Of a stretch of 64,000 nt of DNA, positions 1-11,696 are shown piece after piece. Source of the stretch: Podarcis vaucheri. Lineage: Eukaryota. The position numbers and the translations under genes were made by a program. How positions within the stretch are numbered: the first letter of the stretch is position 1; every line of letters begins with the position of its first letter. Under the pieces are notes generated by a model that saw only the letters and a program-made list of their open reading frames with translations, searched no databases and was not told the DNA's origin. The stretch lies in assembly GCA_965113315.1 (NCBI GenBank), contig OZ220368.1; one strand, given 5' to 3'.

Positions 1-583
1 TCAGCCTCTGCTAACACTGCAGGCACAAGCTTGGCGAAAGCTGCCCTTATAATATATATGTGTCTCCTCTATTTTGCTGAGCAACTCTCTAAAGATATCA
101 GCAGAGTCTGACCTCTTGTGGCAAAAATAAAAAGCAGAATAAGAAAGAGCCAGAAATAATGATACAGATTTTTCACATGGGATGCAATATTCTTGGGAAG
201 AAAGTACTGTTATTACAAGGTGGTCAAGACCCCCCAAGTATGAGATTCATAAGAAAACAGGGCCTTCAGTAGAAAATCCAGCTTTACTACCAAGCACAGA
301 ATAATCACTTTTAATATGTTGCATGTGCAGAAGTGTTAAACGCAATGTTGCTCAACATTGGTTGTGGTCTACCTTCTGTTTATATTAAAAGGTGGGTATT
401 GGCATTTTCGTGGCACCCTGCGACAGCACCAGCAACACTAAAATTCAGTTCTCTTGTAACAAGTTTTCTAATGTTGTTTCTTTTCCTCCCTCTGAATCTC
501 TGTCTCTTTCTCTCTCATTTTCATTTGTGTTTGACTGCATGGCTGCTTGCTGCTTTGGCTCCTTTTGATCACTTCACATTCAG

Positions 584-696
584 GTGAAGACTTGGAAAGG
601 AATGATGGATCTACAGCAAAACCCTACTACATGTCAGCTAGTCTACACCGAATTTTGGGGAAGAAGGAACTGAGTCCTAAGAAGTTAATGGGATAA
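584..696 (+). CDS. SLC44A5: SLC44A5 alternative terminal coding exon A, (C)[36 protein letters not shown]
   Basis: Pyrimidine tract and CAG acceptor at 581-583, phase 1, TAA at 694-696. [14 protein letters not shown] is the C-terminal motif of the CTL/SLC44 family. The paralog is assigned from tail-to-tail position with LHX8 (recalled synteny). Too short for the ORF track. Confidence 0.9.
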
Positions 697-3600
697 TTTT
701 GTTTTGTTTTGTTTTTTAAATGTAAAAATGGCAACAGTGTCAGTTTTAAGATAAAATAAGCAGGATCCATATTATTTAGGCTAAAGAATTTTTTTTTAAG
801 TATAAATGATGCTTGTGGTTAATGAATGATTTGTGTTTGCTTTGTACTATCTAAAAATGAGCAAATGGGCAACATTTAAAACCATTATTTAACAGCTGTG
901 AAACAAGGCCACATCATAGTTTTTATAGAGTGCCTATGGAAAAGTGTAAATGTGAAGCTTTTTTAATATTTAGCTCTTAGTGTTTAATAACTTTTCTAAC
1001 TCAAGATTTTGCTCTTTGAAATGACAGCCATTTTGATACATTTTTTATAGGTGTATATTTGTAAAGGATATTCAGGCAATTTTTGAAAGCACTACAGTGA
1101 TTCCTAATTAGCCATAAACAGATAAAGACTAGTAACCAGCAGGTGGTCCTAAATTTGTAATTATGGTGCTATGGCTGTATTTTTACTGTACATGCTGGTT
1201 GACAGCAACTTAAACTGTGATTAAATTGTATTGATGGTTCCCTATGACGAAGAGCAAATTGCTATGTCAGTCTCCCCCACTACAGATGTCACATGCAAGG
1301 AGGGGGGGAGAGAGAGATAGATTAGCATCATACTGAGTCATCTTCAAGAATGCAATGAAAGATTGTTTGAATTGCCTAGAACGAGAGTCATATTATTAAG
1401 GATAAACTGTTTTAAAAGGGTCTTGTGCCAGAGATAACATTTTAGGGATAAAATCTAGGCCAAGCAATAGCCTTTTCCATCTGATGCAATATTAAATCTG
1501 TGGTGTAATTTTTTTTAAAAAAAGATTAGTGGCACTGCTTAAGTGTGCCATGGTTTCGTCCTGTGTTGTGTAAAGATTTAGCTCTATCGGAAATACAGTA
1601 GGCCCACAGATTACATGAGGGTTGTATTATACATAGTCAAAACCCATTAAGTTCAATGATGGGTGGGATTGCCAAAGTATTTTTGCCATGGAACTCGACC
1701 AGCTCTTCCCCATTTAGGTTTTTTAAAAACTTCTTTTTACCGTTCGCGTAAAGCTGAATGCACACAAGTTAAATGTGCGTACGTTGCAGCCTTACCTTAA
1801 TCAGAAAATGAAATCCAACTTGGTACTGTTTTTTCCCCTGTGGAGAAAGCCCTCCTGGACTAGCTAAAAGCCCCAATTGAAGGTTTTGGGTTTTGTGGGG
1901 GAGGGGGGTTTGCTTTGCAGCCATCTCGACTGCTGCTAAGTGGAAGGAGAAATAGAATGAGATAAGTGTGGCTTAAGTTGCTTTGAGCCCCTGTATTTAT
2001 ATGAACATCCAATTATTTTTCATATGAGGAAAGAAATATGTGTCATGCTAATGAGCATCCTGGCCAATCACTGATTAAAGCAAGAACTACATCTGAGTGT
2101 CGTTTGAGAAAACACCAGTGATTGAACATCAGCTCAGTATTCCACATAATAAAGTACAGTTTCGTAATATTGAAAGTGCAGAAACATTGTAGTTCCCATC
2201 AACTATGGAAGGCAAGTGACCATATTGCTCCATAGACACAGTGGGAAAGTACTAACTGTGCGAAGATGAGAAACAGATATTGGAACACAGAACTCTTGGA
2301 GGTCTAATCTGTGTTGTTATATGTTCTTATTGGTGGAAACTGAGTGAAGAAACTAAACCTCAGAAAATTGAGAGGCTTCATCATGTTTATAGCCTTCGGT
2401 TAAGGACTTACTTTAAGGTAACTATATAATAGTTGCAGGATTTGGCTGAATTACAGTAATGTAATTTCTGCTTTTCTGCTTGTTTTGTTCCAGGGTCATG
2501 AGAGGCTTCTGAAATTAGTGTAGCATGTTGTGTTGGTTTTTTTTTTTAATACAATATTATTTTGTGCTCTCTAACCCCCTTCAACATAATGGCCCTCCAT
2601 CATTAAGGCAGGAATGACTGGCTATATTTATGGAAAGCATTCAATGAAAATTCATGCACACAATGACTAGTTATTTGTGGAACAGTGACCTGTTTCTTCT
2701 GCAAGTAATTGAGCATGTCTTGAGCTGACAATCTTAAAACTGGAGTTTTCCCAAATTCACTCAGGTGAACAGTTTGAACTCCACATAGCCATTTCATTTC
2801 AATGACAGACAGGTGTCAACCACCACTCCTTGGCTTATTACAGTGAACCTTGTTACTAAAAGAGGAACCCGTCAATGTTTAATATGGCCTGGAGACGTTT
2901 ATTTAACCCCCCTGTAATTTTACCTGCAAGTAAAGACTTGTATCAGGGTGAATATATTTTGGATTAGGATGCTTAAATCCTAGATAACTAGACAACTGGA
3001 ATACATTCGATTAATTTACTATGCACTCAACTATGTGCACACTTTCCAAGGCATGTGATCTATTTTCATTCCAGATGAATGTAGGCATGGGGTTAGATCC
3101 AGGGGGAAGTCAGATAAAGGGTGATGGTAGTAGAAACTGGCTTTCCCGCCCACTCCTCAACCCAGGAACTCCACCCATCCTCCTAAAAGCCTCTCAAGTG
3201 TCAGTGGACCTTGCTGAATGGGGTGGGCTATAAGGAGAAACAGGGACTCATTGAAAGCCATTTCACAAGCAAAGCGTCCACCTGTGGGAGGTGCCTCAAC
3301 TTGATTTTCAGAGGTCTCCTCCATGCTGCAGCCCACCCCATTCACCAGGGTCTTCCTTTAGGAATGATGGAGGAGGAGGAGAAAGAAATGTCAGCTTCTG
3401 CCAGCCCCCGGTCTGCAGGCTGGTCCAACTAATAATATGTACTGTAGTTCCTAAGTCTCAGATTCAATAGGAAGTGGGAAACAGGTATATTCTTGAATTA
3501 TTGATCATTTGCATACTATCAAGGTCATCCATTACTGGATGACCAAAATATAATGTCCCGAATACTGCTATAAGTTAATAAGCAATTGGTTATTGTTAGC

Positions 3601-4607
3601 AACTGGAGGTCCTGGAAGCAAATGTGTGTTGCCATCAAAAGATTTTTTATCGAGACACTTTGGAAGCCCTGAGATCAGCATCTCTGTGCAAATTGGGGAT
3701 GAGCATGAATATGCATTGGCAGAAGGCGGCTTATGCAAAAAACATCCATTGTGCTAAATCAGGCCAATAGTGTACTTACTCTGGTCTTACTGCTTTATCT
3801 CAATCAATTAGGCAAGACACTAGTCTGATTTTCAAGTTTGACATACCAGGATATATTTCAGTTCAGTATGCCCAAAGTTACCCGAGTTACAGCTTTAATC
3901 TGGAAGCTTTGTAAGCTGCACCTCTACAAATGTTTATGATACGTGTCCGAAGTGTCACATGTTTTTGAGGGGAACATCCTAGAGCCATTTTATCAATTAA
4001 GCAACTAAGAAAACTGTGAAAATGCAAAGCAATAGCACTGAAATTTGGCATTCATGCATTCATCTGAAGTATCTGCTAAATTGTTGCAAAGAGAAAACTT
4101 GGTATACAAAATTCCTGAATATCTTTCTCGGAAATGAATGTGCAAACTAGGGAATAATTTATTTTTTGAAAGATAAATACTTTTGAACTTGATTGATGTG
4201 TTTCTTAATCCTTGGGCCAAATCCTGCTGTTTATTATAATGTCAGTTTTATGCATAACGTGATTTAACATAAAAGCTAAAGCTTGATTAAAATGCACTTC
4301 CTCGCTTTTGAGTATTGGGCAAATCATTTCGAGGTGAGATGATTAAAATTTTTGATCCTGCACCCATTCATGTCAAAGGAAGGCAAATGTCTCATTGACT
4401 GAACTGGTGCAGCATCTGGCTGACGCAATGAAAAAGGGCTGATTACGTTATTGCACCAGCGTTTACAGTATAGTAAATGCCAAACCATCCAGTATAGAAA
4501 ATACACTGAGGATTTTGCTGTTGTGCACGAAAAAGGTCAGCAGGTGGCAGAATTGCCTTTGTATTACATTGGTTTGATTGTTTGCTCTTTGACATTCTTC
4601 CTCCTAG

Positions 4608-4714
4608 TGGAAGATTTAGAAAGTCATGATGGCTCTGCTGAAAGACCTTATTACATGAGTAAATCTCTGCTGAAGATTCTGAACAAGCAGAACATGCAAA
4701 CCAAGAGACAATAG
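4608..4714 (+). CDS. SLC44A5: SLC44A5 alternative terminal coding exon B, (L)EDLESHDGSAERPYYMSKSLLKILNKQNMQTKRQ*
   Basis: ttcttcctcctAG acceptor (4606-4607), same phase 1 as exon A, TAG at 4712-4714. It is the tail of ORF 4451..4714 and resembles the recalled mammalian CTL5 end (..LLKIFQEENPQTRKQ). Confidence 0.9.
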
Positions 4715-5795
4715 GAAATGCCCAGTGTCCTAAACCACGCAATCATGTTTCGTTTGATGCATTGTTTCTTCGATACGGTATTGATTGTCAGCTATCATTT
4801 GCGCATGTTTTAAACCAAAGCTATTGTAGATGTGAAGCCATCAAAAGTTTGTAACAGCATTGTGTGTGTGTGTGTGTGGTTTGTTTGTTTGTTTGTTTTT
4901 AATTCCAACAACAAAAACCATGGGAGCATTTTTTTATACTGAGATTTTTAAAATTATTTTTATTCTCTCCCCCCCCCACCCCCATTTTGCCTTTAATTCT
5001 TGTGGCTTGGGTATTTGAAATGAAAGATTGTTAAAATGTCTGGCTGCTTTTTCTGTTTTGTTTTTTTAAAAAAGAAAATATGTGAAAATATGTTTTACTG
5101 TTGCGGATTTTGCTTTGAGCGAGTGAAGAGATTTCTTAAAAAGTGAAAAGGTCCTTTTGCATTTAGGTGGTCATGGAATACATCGATGTCTCTTGATTGC
5201 ATTTAGAGCCTCGCCAGTCTCCTAGCCTGTACAGCTGTGTGCTCTATGACAAAGTGCCTTACTGGCTAATAATATTAACTAGCTTATGTTTTGAAGTTTA
5301 CAAGCGCCATTTGAAACACAGAGCTACTAACTGCTTGATGAAATAAACAAAACTGTCTTTCAGCTTACTTGAAATGTATTGATACGAATCTGTTCCTTTG
5401 CCCCTGTGTGAAATATTTGCAGTATCTACATTTTCCTACTATCATCTCCAAAAAAAATTAAAACAGTAGAGAGTGGTATTTTTTAGAGAATTGCTTAGGG
5501 ACATTTGGGTTTCTAATGCTTAGCTTTATCTGTGTCGAATGTATGCTGCAAGAAACCTTTAAGCAGGGCCTAGCTTACAGAACTCTCTTTTCAGAGGAAC
5601 TATCCATGTATATGTTTGGTGCATGGGACCCTGGTGCACTGGTTCCATGCATCCATTCCTCATACTCAGCCTGTGCTAACCTTCAGTTCGACAGGTGATG
5701 TGGTCCCCATGTAGGAAACATATGCAAAATTTTGAACAGTGTGGGGCCCCCTCCTCCAGAACTTCCCACTCTCTCAGTTTAAAGATGTTTGAGAC

Positions 5796-5995
5796 TAGGG
5801 TTGCTAACTGTCCTTTGTACCTGTGCCTTTTTAACAGTAGCCTGGCTGTGGCTTGTTGGAATGATCAGATGATAATTTCTCTCTCTCCATACTGTTAAAT
5901 GCTTCAGCTGTTAATTCCTGCATATTGAGCTGCTGTTAAAAACACAACTCCAGAGATTACCTGAAAAGCTGCCAAACTGATGTGGAGCAACCCTA
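5796..5995. mobile_element. Old hAT-like MITE within the SLC44A5 3'UTR
   Basis: Termini TAGGGTTGC...GCAACCCTA; no TSD retained. Confidence 0.45.
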
Positions 5996-7350
5996 ATGTA
6001 GGTTTACATATTCCTGGAGTTAATGGGGAATTAATTTTTTTCTTCTTCTTCTTGCTGGCCTTGTGTTTGCAGAATATTTCTTTTCTGATTCTAGTGGTGG
6101 TGAAATAACCGCTCTGCAGTTTCCACAATTAACATTATGCTGTCAATGGCATATGGCATAAATCCTGACAGAGCTGCTTCTTAAACAGATGTGGTATGTA
6201 TGTCCCTTTGGGCATGGAAATGCCTTTTTCCCCCTCACAATAATAGCTACAGTTAATAACAACTGTAGCATATAAGCCCTCCTAACAGGAGATAACAGTG
6301 GCATGCCAACCATAGCTATGGTGCAAAAAGTGCTTGTGTATCTTAGGCCCAAGGGGAGAGAGTAGACAACTTAGGGTGTAAATATTGAAATTCTTTGTCC
6401 AAATTAGTCACTTCCATAACTCCCCATACTATTTGTTCAACAGTAAAGGAAGGGAGGAAGCTTTCAGGACTGCAGCTTCACAACACCCCAACCTTAAATG
6501 CATTTGCTTGTCTGTAAGTTCCATTGATTTCAAGTAAGTGTGTCTACAGTCGGAGAGTTTAAATACTGGACCAGATATAAAATTGGCTTTATCAAAGTAA
6601 GAGAAATGGGACCAGGGTTTAATTTTTAGAGCTTCTCTTACAGGGACTCACACCTTCATAGAAGGTGGTTAGCTAGTCAGGGCTGTACCACACACCTGTG
6701 TCAATTCTTTAAAGAACTACACCCCTACTATTTAAATTAGAAGAAATGGGAATGAAAAGATGCATACTACACTTGTGTAAAGTGTTTATTGCTTTGTTGA
6801 CTAGTGTGAAATGGATGCTTTGTTTTTAGACTCTTGCTAAGATGTTATTTTATAAAACGACTCTTAATTTTATAACTTTTGATACTGAATTATTGCTTCC
6901 CTTGTAAAATGTTGGTAATTTGCACTTCACAGTATTAAAACTTAAGAACATAATGGCTTCTTCAGTTTTTGAAATGTATGGCTAATGGTACTAATATTGA
7001 TCATTCATGCAGTCTGTTTGTTTGTAAAAAAAAAAAGGGCCTATCAGCATCAGAAATATGTATTCATAAATTGCATGGTGGCAAATTAAAGACCTTGTTG
7101 TCAGTTTACCCTGTGATCACATTTCTACTTTAAATGTGATTTTAGAGACTGTCTGTTTTTCTCCCTTTTTTGTTTTTTGTGCCAGAACCAAATTAACATG
7201 AGCACACGGCCACCTGAGCTCTAAAATCTTTTTGCTTCTGCTGTGCAGAAATATTAGGGACATATTGTTGAAAATATCTTTTCAGAACTAAAATGTTTAA
7301 TATTTAACACAATTTGTTGTTCCTTATTGTTTTACAGCTCTTGAGGTTCT

Positions 7351-7356
7351 AATAAA
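7351..7356 (+). terminator. Probable distal poly(A) signal of SLC44A5 (3'UTR from 4715 to ~7375)
   Basis: AATAAA followed ~25 nt later by a U/GU-rich tract (ttctgtttttgttccttctt), after 2.6 kb of AT-rich UTR-like sequence. Another AATAAA lies at 5342-5347. Confidence 0.6.
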
Positions 7357-7409
7357 GATTTAGATAAAGAAAAAGCACCTTTCTGTTTTTGTTCCTTCTT
7401 AGGTGGCGA

Positions 7410-7601
7410 AGAGTCATAGCTTAGTAAGAGAGCAGGCAAAAGTAGTTGATTGCCAGGTTCAATCCCTGACATCTTTAGGTAGACCTGGGAGAGAACCCTG
7501 ACTCAAAACTATAGAAAGCTGCTGCCAGTCAGCATAGACGATCCTGAACTACATAGACCAGTGACTTGACTCTGTATAAGGCAGCTTCCTCTGTTTCTAT
7601 G
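7410..7601 (+). mobile_element. tRNA-derived squamate SINE (Squam3-like), diverged
   Basis: A-box-like catagcttagt, B-box ggttcaatccc, body gctgccagtcag...gactctgtataaggcagcttcct. Similar to the copies at 14811 and 15287. Confidence 0.7.
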
Positions 7602-8259
7602 CACCATAATTTTGAAAGGGTTCTCATTGTGTTATTGTTGTGCATAACCCCATTCTCATCACTTCACTGAAGCACAGAAGGATAGTTTTTGATATTCATG
7701 TACTCAAAAGTATAAGCAAGTATTAGGGCAAAACATTCCTAATTTCACATATACAGTACATTAATGTGGTCCAAACTAGCAGTGAATAACCAGGAACAAA
7801 ACCTTGCGGTGATAGGGGATAGCTCAGTGAAAGTGTCAGCCAGGTAAGCAGCAGCTGCGAAAAGGGTAGGATAGGCAGGGTTTTTCTTATGCTGTGGATA
7901 ATTTAAAAGTAAAACAGGCTTATGCCAATTTTAACAAACTTGAAGTCTCCTTGCCATTTTTCCTATTCCCCCTCCGCTCAAAATTTGCTTTTATGGAGGA
8001 AAGGTGCCCATAAGGAGTGAATTGCACACAGTTACTAAACTATTTTAACACTTAGTTGAGCTTCAAATCTTCCTCTAGTCACGCAAACAACCTGAGGAGT
8101 GTTGGATTCACTGTCAATTGAGCAACACAATCTGTTAGATAATATGTGCTCTGCATTAGGCTGTGGCAAGAGAGATTATAGGTGTAATTAGATACTTCTG
8201 CACAATTATTTCTAACTGTAATGGCAGCCTCACGTAGACCACACTGAGGTACCTTGAGG

Positions 8260-8845
8260 CATAGCTGTCAACTTACAGATTTGAAAATAAGGGACCAGCA
8301 GCCAAAATAAGGGACCTGCAGCCTCACCTGTTCCAGGCACTCCAGTCTTCCTGTCCTCCTGAAGTCTGGTCAATCTCATGCTGGTAGCTTCGAGAACACT
8401 GTCCAACCAACTTTGTAACCAGAGGTTCAACTGAATAGAATCTGAATCACATGCACCACAAGGCCTATGCAGCCTCAACTTAAGATGGCTCCCCGGCCTG
8501 GCTTTGCACTGCAAAATTTGCAGCAGCACGTGCAACAAAATGGCGTCCAGCATTCAAAAACCCACTCAGCTTGCATTAACTATCCACACACAAGGCATGC
8601 AAGCTCTACCCCCCCCCAGTCGTTCTTAGACTTCTTACTGGGTGAGCAACACAGCAAAGCAACACAGTTGGAGCCTCCCTCCTCCCTGGCCAGCAGGGAG
8701 GGAGGGAGAGGAGCTGCTTCCTTTGAAATTTAAGGGACATCATTTAAGGGACATTTAAGGGACATCCATCAATAAGGGACAGCAGCGGGACATGGTGCTG
8801 GAATAAGGGACTGTCCCTTCAAATAAGGGACACTTGACAGCTATG
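8260..8845. mobile_element. Non-autonomous hAT DNA transposon
   Basis: TIR CATAGCTGTCAA/TTGACAGCTATG, perfect 8-bp TSD CCTTGAGG (8252-8259, 8846-8853), subterminal AAGGGAC repeats. Confidence 0.85.
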
Positions 8846-11606
8846 CCTTGAGGTTACCAACACATGGGCTACAGTGCTCAGTGAACCCAATAGAAATGAG
8901 AAAATGCACTCCTAGCCATAGAGGACTCTTGTACAGAAGGATGTATCTATATGTCTTTAGGGGCCAGGCAAAAGCTTTGCAGTATAATCAAGTCTTTGGC
9001 CTTTTTTAGAAGTGGGTGGGACGTTTTCAAAACAACTACGTGGGATCTAATGTCGATTTGTTTGGTTATAAGTTGCTTTGCATTACCCTGGCCAAGATAA
9101 AGCAACTGACAAATTTAATAAATAAAATAAATTTCAATCAGCAGTGATGCAAAGCTTGTTAAAATGTAGCAACCCCTTCCACCTCTTCCTTCAACCCCAA
9201 CCCATTCTGTATTGCAACATCGGACCTCAGCACTGCATAATTCAGTGTTAATTATAGTTCCGAAAAAAGACACTGAAATTACTAGAAAGTGATCCAAGGA
9301 TCATCCTAAGGAAAGTAATGGGCCTTGTTTTCACTGGAGAGTTGCAGGATATTTCTGTTTTGAAAACATTTTTTTAAATAAAAAAATTAACAGAAATGTA
9401 TAATAGAGATTTAGATATTGTTAAGACCTGTTCATATTCAAGTGGGAAGAAAGTAGATGGTGCTGAGATTCTTTCATATGCCATGATCTTTACTCAGAAA
9501 CAGATAAAAGAAATAGTATTAAAGAAATATCACATGCATTGCTATTTGCTTAGAAATTCTTAACTAGGTGTACTTTTTTTGAAAGTAGAGAAATCATTTC
9601 TTTATCCTGCAACACACCTGGAAAACTTCATAGCACTGTAATAATTATTAACATATAATTGAACAACAATATATAATCCATCACCGCTAAATTCATCATC
9701 TCAGACTAAGGCAAAGAATGCATTTGTAATCTAAAAGTAAAAGGGTTGCTGAAAGTCCAAGACCTTTCATGTTCACTCCATATGCACAGAGTTGTTTTTA
9801 ATTAAATCTGGATTTCTTAAACTACTCCAGCATTTTCTTGCGTCACATACTACCTCTGAGAATGGACTGCAGTTATTGATTATTGTGTCTCTGCTCAGTT
9901 GCGAGACATAACTTATTGCAAACCTGCTTTCTTTCTCCTCTTTAAGGCATGCTCATAAACGGACACTCTGTGATTGATGTGTTTTATGTAGCTCATAGTT
10001 TTCTTAACTTTCAAATTACATTTAAATCTACAGTTGGCTGGATGCCATAGAAATCTTAATCCATCTCCAGATGAATTTTAAAACCAGGGCTCATTCTCTC
10101 TCTTATTCTGTGTCTGCATCATAGATGTCATGGTCTCTAAACTTGGTGTCATGTTCCTCCTGCAGTTGGTTCTCCTGCTTTTAAGCATAGGTCAAGCTGA
10201 ATTATTCGCTCTCCCCCACAGGGGGTGGGGGTGAGGAATATTACTCCAAGCAGAAGTCTGTATCCCTTGAGGAAAGGGCAACAACTGAGATATGGAAGGA
10301 AGACGGGAATAGTATCTGTGAGGATATATATGCACTAGTAGCAATTTTTCTGCACACAGGAAAAATACATTGGGCATATTTGAAGGGGATGAGTCTGGGA
10401 CAGCAGAGGGATGTCATAATTTTTTAGCAAGTTAGAAGAGTTGATAATACTGGGAAGATCTAAGCAGAGGGTGTCAATACATTGTGGGTTCTTTCCTCGC
10501 CCCTCCCTCCACCGAAATTAGGCTTGAAAGAAGCACCCTGCAGTAGCCAACAGAAGAGATTGAGGGGGGTGTTGCCCACAACTGCTTCTCTCATGTGAAA
10601 ATAAATCCAAAAAGTTTGACAATGCCTAAAGAGAAAGACCAAAGGGAAGTCTAGGCAACAGCATGCCCAGTTCAAGGGAGCAGAAATATAGTTTGCTCAG
10701 TCTTGAGATAGGTTAGTGGCAGAAACAGTTCCTTAACTATTAGGTAGTATCATATCAAATGGAAATAAATTAGACCAGTGCACACTGACACAAACAAAAC
10801 TGGGTCTGGCAATTCCTAATATAAGAGAACAAGGAAGGTGTTCATGGTGAGTTCCAGCACCTTTTTCAAGAAAAATAGCACAGTGCCTTCCTATTCTCAA
10901 AACCCCTGGCCATTGGACACACTAGCAGGGGCTGATGGGAGTTGAATTGCAACCATGCCTGGAGGACCAGTCTCCCCCCCTCCCTGCAGTACAAGTTGCT
11001 TATGGCTTTGTTCAATAGCTGGGCAAAAGGAAATGCAGCCTGCCACACCCGGGAATTTTTCACTAGTAAATCACTATTAAAAGAGACACATACAGCACAT
11101 TCTCTTTTTGCCTTCCCATGAACTCCACCATGTGCCACTTGTACATTCATTGCTGGTTTATTGTCGAAAACGGCTCTGTAAACGCATGTTTCCCCCAGAG
11201 CTGACAGATGTGTTGCTTTCAGGGGATGTAAGGAGAGGAAAAGGAAGGATTGTTTTCTTCCCTGGGCCACAATGTTTCTGGTTGTCATCATTTGCTACAC
11301 GTCTGACCAAATCAATTTCCTCCCTCGGTTCAATTTTCATGTCATCCTATCCGAAGGTCTCATTTCTGTTGGTTTGGCTGGGATAGGAGAGTGGTCTATT
11401 TTCATTTTGCTGCCTGAGACTCTTTTCTGTTCTTTGTGTGATTATTGTTATGATTGAAAGAAAGGGGAACGACCACTGGAATGGAAAGGCAGCACCAGGA
11501 AAACTCTCTTGCTCACTAGAGGCTCCCAGAGGTCATGGAATACCTTTGGGATGGCACCTCTTACTGGAAACCAAAGAAACTTGCTTCCTCATGAAGGAAG
11601 TATCAC

Positions 11607-11696
11607 CACAGCTGTCAACTTTTCCCTTTTCTTGTGAGGAATCCTATTCGGAATAAGGGAATTTCCCTTTAAAAAAGGGGAAAGTTGACAGCTATG
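11607..11696. mobile_element. 90-bp hAT MITE sharing its TIR with 8260-8845
   Basis: TIR CACAGCTGTCAACTTT/AAAGTTGACAGCTATG; TSD AGTATCAC/GGTATCAC (7/8). Confidence 0.8.

Noticed and set aside
7810-7840. tRNA-like ggggatagctcagt, and the tRNA-like heads at 7410, 14988, 15290 and 22260
   Set aside because: No complete cloverleaf; these are SINE heads, not tRNA genes.
8730-8832. Repeated AAGGGAC units resembling a short array
   Set aside because: Subterminal repeats of the hAT element; eukaryotic DNA with no repeat-spacer regularity, so not CRISPR.
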